Shown here one piece after another: positions 17,693 through 25,122 of a stretch of DNA of 64,000 nt. The stretch comes from Dehalococcoidia bacterium (GTDB taxonomy: Bacteria; Chloroflexota; Dehalococcoidia; Lucifugimonadales; UBA1123): positions 95,668 to 159,667 of the forward strand of contig OZ247432.1 in the NCBI GenBank assembly GCA_965232905.1, in the 5' to 3' direction. The notes below the pieces were generated by a model. The model did no database searches, was not told where the DNA came from, and worked only from the letters and a program-made list of their open reading frames with translations. Both the position numbers and the translations under genes were made by a program. Numbering within the stretch: the stretch's first letter is position 1; each line of letters starts with the position of its first letter.

Positions 17693-18910
17693 TTACCCAA
17701 TGACTTCGTTTACCAGCGCGAGACCCTCTTCGAGTCTATCGTGCCAGTCGTCGCGCGGACGGCGGATCGCGTTGGTGCACACCCTAAACAGGCAGACCGC
17801 CTCACGAAGGGCGAGTTCCCGCTCACTCCACCTGAACCGGTCGAGGGCCGCGCTCCGGAAGATCTGGTGGTACGCCCCCCTTGCGTCCGCCTCGCGGCTG
17901 CTCCCGAAGTGTGACGCCCACCGCAGGTGCGCCAGGAAGTTTCCCACGTCCAGCATGGGGTCTCCCGGCCCGGCCTCCTCGAAGTCCACGACTGCTATCC
18001 TGCCATCCCGCAGGACGAGCATCTGGTCGTCGTAGAAGTCGTTGTGCGCGATGACACCTGGACGCCAGTCCCTCACGAACGGGTCGAGCGCCTTGGTGGC
18101 ATCTTTGAGGCTGCGCGCGGCTTCAGAATCGTCGCGAGCGTTGTGCCTGAAGCTGCGCCTTGCCCTCCGGTACGCGCTGGCCAGGTTGAACGGACGGCCT
18201 TTGTGCCCATTGGGAGAGGTTTTCCATAGCGGCTCCAGCCCATCGAGTAGCAGCATGGGGTCCGGCATCCTGCCCCGGCGCAGCCTCTGACGGAGGTTCC
18301 TCCCAGGAATCTCAGACAGCCAAATCACGCCGCCTTCAGGCCAGTGCCCCGCGAGACGTGGGACAACGAACCCCGACTGACCCATCAACTCATGCGCCGC
18401 AAGAAACGTAGACGCTGCCGTAGGGCGCATTACGCGCACGAAGAGCCGGACTCTTCCAGCGGTGTGACGAAGCACGGCCCTGTTCGCCGGCCTGTAGCGC
18501 ACCAGTTGCACACGAGCCGTCCGCATCCGGACCGCCAGTACGTGCCTATTTAGTAACGTGAAAGCGGCCTCAGGGTCGGATGCCTCAGGCAGCCCCGGCA
18601 GTCTTGGGTCTTCCGGGAACTGGAATACGTTAACCGGTCCGTCCCGCTCGACCATTGCCGCAAACTGCTGCGAGGGCAGGTACTCGTCGGGGTGCCACTC
18701 CACCTCGTAGCTGACTATGGCGCTCCTGCCGAGGCTGTGACTGAACTGGCGAACGCGGATCCGTTCAGGAGTGGGCTCGTGTCCGCCGAACTGTCGAAAG
18801 GCACTGTAGACCCAATCGGGATCGAACAGACTGGCTAGCTCCGGAATGCCCTTGTCATCCGGGAAGGCTATCCGCGGATACTGTGATACAGCGGCGGGCG
18901 ATGTGGTCAT
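17693..18910 (-). CDS. aminoglycoside-phosphotransferase (APH/CotS)-like protein kinase-fold enzyme
   Basis: 405 aa. IAHNDFYDDQMLV (catalytic-loop-like) and VVDFEEAGPGDPMLDVGNFLAHL (DFG-equivalent). Starts 5 nt after the stop of the repeat-protein gene. Confidence 0.75.
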   Translation of the reverse strand: MTTSPAAVSQYPRIAFPDDKGIPELASLFDPDWVYSAFRQFGGHEPTPERIRVRQFSHSLGRSAIVSYEVEWHPDEYLPSQQFAAMVERDGPVNVFQFPEDPRLPGLPEASDPEAAFTLLNRHVLAVRMRTARVQLVRYRPANRAVLRHTAGRVRLFVRVMRPTAASTFLAAHELMGQSGFVVPRLAGHWPEGGVIWLSEIPGRNLRQRLRRGRMPDPMLLLDGLEPLWKTSPNGHKGRPFNLASAYRRARRSFRHNARDDSEAARSLKDATKALDPFVRDWRPGVIAHNDFYDDQMLVLRDGRIAVVDFEEAGPGDPMLDVGNFLAHLRWASHFGSSREADARGAYHQIFRSAALDRFRWSERELALREAVCLFRVCTNAIRRPRDDWHDRLEEGLALVNEVIG

Positions 18911-18915
18911 CTCTA

Positions 18916-21162
18916 TCAGCTGCTGACGTCGCTCTCGTCGCTATCCACGTCGCTGTCCTCCGAGACCGACGGGTCGCTCGGTGGGGGCGGCGTATCTACG
19001 CCATCAGAGTCAGTGCCATCGTTGTCAGTAGGAGTGGGCGTGTCGATGCCATCCGAGTCAGTACCGTCGTTATCCGTTGGCGTAGGCGTGTCTATCCCGT
19101 CCGAGTCAGTGCCGTCGTTGTCAGTGGGGGTTGGTGTATCGATGCCGTCGGAGTCGGTACCGTCATTGTCAGTAGGTGTTGGTGTATCGATGCCGTCGGA
19201 GTCTGTTCCATCGTTGTCGGTGGGAGTTGGTGTATCAATACCGTCGGAGTCAGTCCCATCGTTGTCAGTAGGAGTAGGCGTGTCGATGCCATCGGAGTCA
19301 GTGCCGTCGTTGTCCGTGGGGGTTGGTGTATCGATGCCGTCGGAGTCGGTTCCGTCGTTGTCGGTAGGGGTAGGGGTATCGATGCCGTCGGAGTCGGTCC
19401 CATCGTTGTCAGTAGGAGTAGGCGTGTCGATCCCGTCGGAGTCTGTGCCGTCGTTATCAGTAGGAGTAGGCGTGTCAATGCCGTCGGAGTCAGTACCGTC
19501 GTTGTCTGTCGGAGTGGGGGTGTCTATGCCGTCAGAGTCTGTGCCGTCGTTGTCGGTCGGAGTCGGGGTGTCTATTCCATCAGAGTCAGTGCCGTCGTTG
19601 TCGGTCGGAGTCGGGGTGTCTATTCCATCAGAGTCAGTGCCATCGTTGTCAGTCGGAGTCGGGGTGTCTATGCCGTCGGAGTCAGTGCCATCGTTATCAG
19701 TCGGAGTCGGGGTGTCTATTCCATCGGAGTCAGTGCCATCGTTGTCGGTTGGGGTTGGAGTATCGATGCCGTCGGAGTCAGTACCATCATTGTCGGTGGG
19801 AGTAGGAGTGGGTGTGTCATCTGTATCGGTGTCGTCATCGACGTCTGGAGTTGGAGTCGGTCTTACCACCGGAGTAGACGTCGCCACCGGTGTGGATGTG
19901 GCATTAGTCTCCTCGCTGGTGCTCAGCATGGCGCTCTCGCTCTTGCCCAGCCCTCCTCCAACGAGGTTCTTGATCCACTTGCCTTCAGGGGTCACCTCAG
20001 TGATCAATTCCCCTGGCTGCCCAGTGTTGCCGCCTCGGTAGAGGTCGAAGCCCTGGGAGGACAACGCATAGACGCGGATTTCGTACTCCGTTCCTGCTTC
20101 GAGCCCCGGGATCGTCAGCACTGTACCGCTGGTTACCCCGGACACGACCGCGAACGTGGGCGTCTCGCCGGGCTTTCTCCACCCAATCCTGAGTTTGCCG
20201 TTGGAGGCGGCTGGCAGCGTCACCTGGATATCGAGTTCGCCGGATCGAGCGTCCACCAGGGACATTGCGCCTGGCGTCAGGGGAGGTGGGGTCCGGTCCG
20301 AAATCGTGTAGAGGCTGAACTCCTGGTCCTGGCTTACTCCGTCAACGGTTGCGGTGACCGTACACACCGTCTCTGATTGGGTGTTCGGCCCGTGAACGTG
20401 GCCCTGGGAATTGGACGCCAGCGTCAGCTTACCGTTCTCGACACTGGCTGAGTCGTAGTAGTCGCCCCTCGCCTCGTCACAGGACTTCAGAGTGAATGCG
20501 GCGCTCCCGGTGCCAGAGGATAGGTAGTCGGCCAGATCAACCTCGGCCCCGCTGCCGTAACTGGTGAGCACCCTGTAGGAGGCGTCGGCGTCGAAGATGC
20601 TAGATGTGCTTCTGTCCGAGACCGGTGCGCTGTTGGCCGTGAGCGCCGTGTCGATCTCCCTGGTTATCACTTCACCACCCGGGCTTGGGGCGTTTCGTGT
20701 CACCAGCACGTTCGTAAAGCTGACAGTTGCCGGTGCGTCGAACTCCATGCTTGGGACCGCCTGGAGGACGTTGGAGTCCGGGGTGTTCACTCCATCCGAG
20801 TCGGTGCCGTCATTGTCGGTGGGGGTCGGAGTATCGATGCCGTCAGAGTCGGTGCCGTCGTTATCAGTGGGAGTAGGCGTGTCTATGCCGTCAGAGTCAG
20901 TCCCATCGTTGTCGGTGGGAGTAGGTGTGTCGATTCCGTCAGAGTCAGTACCGTCATTATCCGTTTGCGGAATGTTCAGGACGCCATCGCCCTCTCCATC
21001 CTCCTCGTCATCACCGATGACACCCAGACGAGAGGGCGCGACGATGCCTTCGGGGGGATCGAACTTGGGGGTGACATTGGCGACCACCGCACCACTGGTC
21101 ACCAAAGCCAGGGAGAGGGCAAGCGACAGGGTAGCTACAACAAATGAAAACAGACTTTTCAT
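18916..21162 (-). CDS. secreted acidic repeat protein: signal peptide, 4 DxDG repeats, central beta-rich region with FN3-like domain, 17 DxDG repeats, Ser/Asp/Glu tail
   Basis: 748 aa. N-terminal MKSLFSFVVATLSLALSLALVTSGAVVA. The unit TDNDGTDSDGIDTPTP is iterated. TEYEIRVYALS is typical of an FN3 F-strand. A GAGGAG SD lies 8 nt upstream. Confidence 0.85.
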   Translation of the reverse strand: MKSLFSFVVATLSLALSLALVTSGAVVANVTPKFDPPEGIVAPSRLGVIGDDEEDGEGDGVLNIPQTDNDGTDSDGIDTPTPTDNDGTDSDGIDTPTPTDNDGTDSDGIDTPTPTDNDGTDSDGVNTPDSNVLQAVPSMEFDAPATVSFTNVLVTRNAPSPGGEVITREIDTALTANSAPVSDRSTSSIFDADASYRVLTSYGSGAEVDLADYLSSGTGSAAFTLKSCDEARGDYYDSASVENGKLTLASNSQGHVHGPNTQSETVCTVTATVDGVSQDQEFSLYTISDRTPPPLTPGAMSLVDARSGELDIQVTLPAASNGKLRIGWRKPGETPTFAVVSGVTSGTVLTIPGLEAGTEYEIRVYALSSQGFDLYRGGNTGQPGELITEVTPEGKWIKNLVGGGLGKSESAMLSTSEETNATSTPVATSTPVVRPTPTPDVDDDTDTDDTPTPTPTDNDGTDSDGIDTPTPTDNDGTDSDGIDTPTPTDNDGTDSDGIDTPTPTDNDGTDSDGIDTPTPTDNDGTDSDGIDTPTPTDNDGTDSDGIDTPTPTDNDGTDSDGIDTPTPTDNDGTDSDGIDTPTPTDNDGTDSDGIDTPTPTDNDGTDSDGIDTPTPTDNDGTDSDGIDTPTPTDNDGTDSDGIDTPTPTDNDGTDSDGIDTPTPTDNDGTDSDGIDTPTPTDNDGTDSDGIDTPTPTDNDGTDSDGIDTPTPTDNDGTDSDGVDTPPPPSDPSVSEDSDVDSDESDVSS
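18998..19813 (-). repeat. in-frame tandem array, about 17 copies of a 48-bp unit (16 aa, TDNDGTDSDGIDTPTP)
   Basis: The period is counted from the translation and from the antisense-frame ORF (PSESVPSLSVGVGVS[MI] x16 plus a partial). Units are identical as peptide but differ at many third-codon positions. Boundaries are good to within a few nt. Confidence 0.9.
20788..20964 (-). repeat. second in-frame array, about 3.7 copies of the same 48-bp unit near the N-terminus
   Basis: Translation is QTDNDGTDSDGIDTPTP x3 followed by TDNDGTDSDGVNTP. Confidence 0.85.
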
Positions 21163-21483
21163 TTACCGTGCTCCTCATTGACTGTTGAAGAGGAAGTTAA
21201 CGTCTGGCTCGTCTCCAATCGTACATCAAAGCTAAAGACACGTACAGCATCCAACTCACCCCGCGCTTACAGAAGATCAACCCGACCATGGTTTGCACGC
21301 CTGCTCACGCTCACCAACCGCAGTGAACTCTGAGCGGGTGGGACACCGATCGACCTGCACTGGCGACGTCGAACCTCGGCCTGTAAAACTCACTGTTCGT
21401 GTCTCAGAATCCGGGAACATTTCCTCATCATGTAGCGTCTGTAAAGATGTAACCGCCGGAAATGCGGACTGAGAGGTGCCCGG

Positions 21484-22641
21484 ATGTTCAACAGAACGAA
21501 GACAGTGCTGCGTACGGACATAGTCGCCCTGCTCGTGTTCCTGCTGGTCTCTGCGTGCCAGAATCAGCTTGACCCGGCGAACTCCGTGCTGGAACTGCCG
21601 TCGGGCAGGGATCCCAACGCCTCGGTAAGCGGCACGGTGACGTACAGGGAAAGAATCAGCCTGTCGCCCGGAGCAAAGCTTGTCGTCGAGATTCGCGACG
21701 TGTCATACCAGGATGCTGCCGCACCACTCATCGCTCGCCAGACGATCTCAGCTCCGGGACAGGTACCCATAGAGTACAGGGTCGGCTACAACCGCGATGA
21801 CGTAGACTCTCGGAGCATCTATTCGGTGAGCGCGAAGATCGTCGAGTCGGACGGCAGGCTCGCTTTCACAAACGACACCGCACACGAAGTGATCACCCGA
21901 GGGAATCCCAACAGGGTTGACATGGTTCTTGTGCTGGTTCAGCCTCCTCCCGACATGGCAGGGGCCAACGAAGACTGGCGTTCATGGGTGGAGACTCCGG
22001 CACGAGTGACCTGGGCGAACCTGATTCCGAATGAACCTGAGCAGTTCCTGCGGATTGGATTCCTCCAGTCGACCATCGAGGGTTGCGCTCGACCGGGCAG
22101 CCAGTCTCTAGAGGTACAGGGGAACAACATCGTCGCCAGCGTTACCCTGATGCAGCCGCCGCCGACGGAGTGGGCGATTCCGTGTGACGATGAAGTGGTA
22201 GAGCTGGATGCCGTCGAGCAGATAGAAGATCCCCTGGAACCCGGGCAGACTCACACGGTGATCGTTAACGGGCAGGTCACTACGACCTTTTCCATACCTG
22301 AGGCAAGCCTTGGGTATACGTCCATGGCTGAGTCTCCCATTGAGAGGGCAGAAGTCAGATCGTGGGAAGGGATGACAATCGAGTACGAGCTACTGGTCGT
22401 GTCAGGGCTATCGAAGGGCAGCTCATGCTCGCAGTTCAACGGCTACGAGATACGCCGGAGCGAGTCCGACACGGTCGAAGTGAGGATTACACACCATGAG
22501 GTCTCAGACCCGATGGTGGCCTGCACGGCAGACTATCCGACAGTTGAGACGACCGTACCACTGGGTTCTAACTTCGAGCCGGGTGTGGAGTACACTGTTG
22601 TGGTCAACTCAGACACCTCAGAGAAGTTTGTCGCCCAGTAG
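21484..22641 (+). CDS. lipoprotein with N-terminal YbaY-like domain and two related Cys-pair C-terminal domains
   Basis: 385 aa. Lipobox LLVSAC. VSGTVTYRERISLSPGAKLVVEIRDVSYQDAAAPLIA...IYSVSAKI matches the YbaY/YscW-type lipoprotein domain. Confidence 0.65.
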   Translation: MFNRTKTVLRTDIVALLVFLLVSACQNQLDPANSVLELPSGRDPNASVSGTVTYRERISLSPGAKLVVEIRDVSYQDAAAPLIARQTISAPGQVPIEYRVGYNRDDVDSRSIYSVSAKIVESDGRLAFTNDTAHEVITRGNPNRVDMVLVLVQPPPDMAGANEDWRSWVETPARVTWANLIPNEPEQFLRIGFLQSTIEGCARPGSQSLEVQGNNIVASVTLMQPPPTEWAIPCDDEVVELDAVEQIEDPLEPGQTHTVIVNGQVTTTFSIPEASLGYTSMAESPIERAEVRSWEGMTIEYELLVVSGLSKGSSCSQFNGYEIRRSESDTVEVRITHHEVSDPMVACTADYPTVETTVPLGSNFEPGVEYTVVVNSDTSEKFVAQ

Positions 22642-22686
22642 ATCGAGCCTATGTTCCTCTCCTGGGCGCACAACGGGAGTGGATCA

Positions 22687-23448
22687 ATGACGGACGGTCT
22701 GGAGATTCAAGGCAGGGTAGCTATCGTCACGGGAGCGGGCCGTGGGATGGGGAGGGCAGTGGCCCTGAGGCTGGCGGCAGGTGGCGCAAGTGTGGTGGTC
22801 AATGACCTGTGTCTTGAGGACGCCGACCGAGTTGCCGGGGAGTTGAAGGCTGCTGGAACGAAGTCGCTTGCCGTTGAAGGCGATGTCACAAGTTCCGAAG
22901 ACGTCCGCCGCATGGTGAAGAACACGACTGACGAGTTCGGCGCTGTACACATTCTGATCAACAACGCGGGGGTGCTTAGGCCAACTCCGGTCATCGACAT
23001 CGAAGAAGATGAGTGGGACTTCGTGATTGATGTCAACTTGAAAGGTACCTACCTGTTCAGCCGGGCCGTCCTTCCTGTCATGCGCGCCGAGGGTTGGGGC
23101 CGGATCGTCAACTTCTCATCGACCGCCGGGAAGAACATCAGCACAGTCGGCGGGGCACACTACACGGCCGCCAAGGCAGGAATCCTGGGCTTCACCCGGC
23201 ACCTTGCCAAGGAGGAAGCCGGCCACGGCATAACGGTCAACTCGGTCTGCCCAGGGCTCATCGACACAGAGATGGTGCGAGACACGATTTCGGCGGAGCG
23301 AGCCGAGGCATACGCGGCCAGTTTTCCGATCCAGCGACTGGGAGAGCCGGAAGAGGTCGCCGAGTTGGTGGCTTTCCTCGCTTCGGACAGGGCAGCCTAC
23401 ATCACTGGAGCATCGCTGGACATCAATGGTGGAGACCTGATGATCTAG
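22687..23448 (+). CDS. SDR-family oxidoreductase (FabG-like 3-oxoacyl reductase)
   Basis: Start moved to ATG 22687 (GGGAG 9 nt upstream). TGAGRGMG cofactor motif, NNAG, and a YTAAK catalytic Tyr-Lys. Confidence 0.88.
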   Translation: MTDGLEIQGRVAIVTGAGRGMGRAVALRLAAGGASVVVNDLCLEDADRVAGELKAAGTKSLAVEGDVTSSEDVRRMVKNTTDEFGAVHILINNAGVLRPTPVIDIEEDEWDFVIDVNLKGTYLFSRAVLPVMRAEGWGRIVNFSSTAGKNISTVGGAHYTAAKAGILGFTRHLAKEEAGHGITVNSVCPGLIDTEMVRDTISAERAEAYAASFPIQRLGEPEEVAELVAFLASDRAAYITGASLDINGGDLMI

Positions 23449-23589
23449 GTGCGCGGCCTGCCTGCGCACCGCCAGACCACATGGACTTCCTGCGCCGAAG
23501 TGGGCTGATGCCTTAGGACTGAAGTGTTTCTTGACCTTGACGGAATCTCCCAACTGTGTCCGTAAGGGTGCAGGAATATTCGCGATATA

Positions 23590-23604
23590 TTAAAGTAACC
23601 TTAA
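23590..23604. promoter_or_regulatory. imperfect palindrome in the AT-rich region upstream of marR (possible operator)
   Basis: TTAAAGTAACCTTAA = TTAAnGTnACnTTAA, with 12 of 14 arm positions self-complementary. It lies in the lowest-GC stretch of this region, about 80 nt upstream of the MarR start. Confidence 0.25.
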
Positions 23605-23683
23605 TCATAATAATACGATCTATCGAATGAACTGGAACTTTCGGTGATCCAATGAAGATGAGAGCAGGATCTGGGCGCGTGAA

Positions 23684-24160
23684 GTGGTAGACGACTATAG
23701 ACAGACACTGGAAGTCCGGTTTATCAATGTGGCGGAGCAGCTGAACCGCCAGATACACAGCGGACAGATGGACGAGTGGGAGGGACTGGACATGACCATT
23801 CCCCAGATAAGGACACTTGTACTTCTAGAGCGAATGGGTCCGGTGCGGATGACTGACATCTCGATCTACATCGGGAGGGCCCTCTCAGCTACCACAACTG
23901 TTGTGGATCGACTGGTAGAAAAAGACCTTGTGGACCGTGCCCCCGACACTAATGACAGAAGGCTCGTGATGTGTGAGTTGACCGACACGGGGAGGCAAGC
24001 TCTCGAGAGATTCTGGCGTATTGAACGTGATCGTCTCCAGATGGTTGCAGACCTCCTGGATGACGGAGAACTGGAGAGGGCGGTAGACGGCCTGGAACTG
24101 GTTAGCAACGCGGGTGCCGAGGCTCTCCGGACATTGGCTGCCATGCAGTTCACTGACTGA
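23684..24160 (+). CDS. MarR-family transcriptional regulator
   Basis: 158 aa (GTG start). LTIPQIRTLVLLERMGPVRMTDISIYIGRALSATTTVVDRLVEKDLVDRAPDTNDRR is a winged-HTH MarR core. Confidence 0.85.
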   Translation: MVDDYRQTLEVRFINVAEQLNRQIHSGQMDEWEGLDMTIPQIRTLVLLERMGPVRMTDISIYIGRALSATTTVVDRLVEKDLVDRAPDTNDRRLVMCELTDTGRQALERFWRIERDRLQMVADLLDDGELERAVDGLELVSNAGAEALRTLAAMQFTD

Positions 24161-24339
24161 GTGACTTGGCTGGAAGTGTCTGACTCCGGCTTCCTGTCAC
24201 GCGGCCAATGCTATCAGCGTACCATCTGGAAACTGCTGCAGAGGCGCAAAACTCCTGAATTGGACGAACTGTTTGGGTTTTTGTGTCCCGGCGCTGCAAA
24301 ACTCATTGTGTCTAGGACTGGATTGGTTTATAAACTGAC

Positions 24340-24357
24340 TGAATCACATTTGATTCA
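24340..24357. promoter_or_regulatory. perfect 7-bp inverted repeat TGAATCA-N4-TGATTCA upstream of the repeat lipoprotein gene
   Basis: Read directly from the sequence. It ends 27 nt before ATG 24385 and is a candidate operator for the adjacent MarR. Confidence 0.35.
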
Positions 24358-24384
24358 CAGATCCCTGACGCGTATAGAGGTCTC

Positions 24385-24885
24385 ATGAGCCACAGAAAAC
24401 CAAGTTTCACCTTCAGCCTCCTGCTGTTTGCCCTCGCAGTCCCTGCTTTACTGCTGGCCTGCGACGAGGCAGACGAGGGGTTATCTCGAGAGATCGTCCA
24501 GGAGATAGCGCGATCGGAGATTGCCAGTTTTCCAGAGCCTGATGTCTTCGGCCTCTCAAGGGACGAAGTGGGTGAGATTGTAGAAGCGAAGATCGCTGAA
24601 ATGCCTGAACCTGAGACCGGCCTGGACCGCGAGGAAGTAGAAGAAGTTGTGCAGGCCGCCATGAGAGGTCTGCTTGTTCCCAAGCCAAGCCTGACCCGCA
24701 CGGAAATCGAGGAGATCGTTCAGGCTGAGGTAGGCAGAATCCCAGAACCGGAGCCGGGCCTGACGCGTGAGGAAGTGGAAGAGATCGTACAGGCGGCGGT
24801 AGCGGACATCCCCAAGCCAGAACCAGGCCTGACGCGTGAGGAAGTGGAAGAGATCGTCAAGTCACTGATGGATGACTCACAGTGA
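24385..24885 (+). CDS. lipoprotein composed of about six 22-24-aa acidic helical repeats (PEPxxGL[TS]REEVEEIV)
   Basis: 166 aa. Signal peptide plus lipobox (ALLLACDE). The remainder consists only of the repeat units. Confidence 0.7.
   Translation: MSHRKPSFTFSLLLFALAVPALLLACDEADEGLSREIVQEIARSEIASFPEPDVFGLSRDEVGEIVEAKIAEMPEPETGLDREEVEEVVQAAMRGLLVPKPSLTRTEIEEIVQAEVGRIPEPEPGLTREEVEEIVQAAVADIPKPEPGLTREEVEEIVKSLMDDSQ
24757..24857 (+). repeat. 32-bp perfect direct repeat, two copies 69 bp apart, within the lipoprotein gene
   Basis: GGCCTGACGCGTGAGGAAGTGGAAGAGATCGT occurs at 24757..24788 and 24826..24857, matching the 23-aa unit spacing. Confidence 0.85.
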
Positions 24886-25049
24886 CGTAACTCCCTCGGC
24901 GGGTGAGACACATCCGGGAACGTGTCGCTCTTCAGCCACGATGGTCGTGAGTTTGTGCCCGAATGGTACTTTGAGGAGTCTCAGCGACCGCGTCTACCTA
25001 CGTTAAACTGCACTGACGACCGGATCACATGCCTAGACTCTGCCGGTCC

Positions 25050-25078
25050 TTGTTGCTGCCAATGGTCTTCGCTATAAT
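25050..25078 (+). promoter_or_regulatory. candidate sigma70-type promoter for the fused ABC exporter gene
   Basis: TTGTTG (25050..25055), a 17-nt spacer, then consensus TATAAT (25073..25078), 45 nt upstream of ATG 25123. Confidence 0.45.
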
Positions 25079-25122
25079 CGTGCCGCTAAGTTGGGGGAGT
25101 TGGCACCCATGGGGGTTAAGCG

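Noticed and set aside
18998-19813. The regular 48-bp periodicity could superficially suggest a CRISPR array.
   Set aside because: There is no alternation of conserved repeats with unique spacers. The whole unit is repeated, it is in frame inside a long ORF, and no cas genes or leader are present.
18883-20376. Long plus-strand ORFs (497 aa at 18883..20376, 342 aa at 19013..20041) with their own striking repeats (PSESVPSLSVGVGVS, RSRGVYSIRVSAVVV).
   Set aside because: They are antisense and off-frame shadows of the 48-bp coding array. The minus-strand frame has a signal peptide, an SD, an FN3-like core and a biologically sensible acidic repeat. The plus-strand frames are low-complexity, with no start context.
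23513-23758. 81-aa minus-strand ORF across the AT-rich region upstream of marR.
   Set aside because: It runs antisense through the marR start and the lowest-GC promoter-like stretch. It has no SD and a hydrophobic, odd composition, so it is most likely non-coding.
24161-24388. 75-aa ORF filling the MarR-lipoprotein spacer, considered as a possible precursor peptide or small protein.
   Set aside because: It has a GTG start directly abutting the marR stop with no SD. The composition is atypical for this genome's genes. The region contains the inverted-repeat operator candidate and the likely promoter of the lipoprotein gene. I kept it only as something to test by Ribo-seq.
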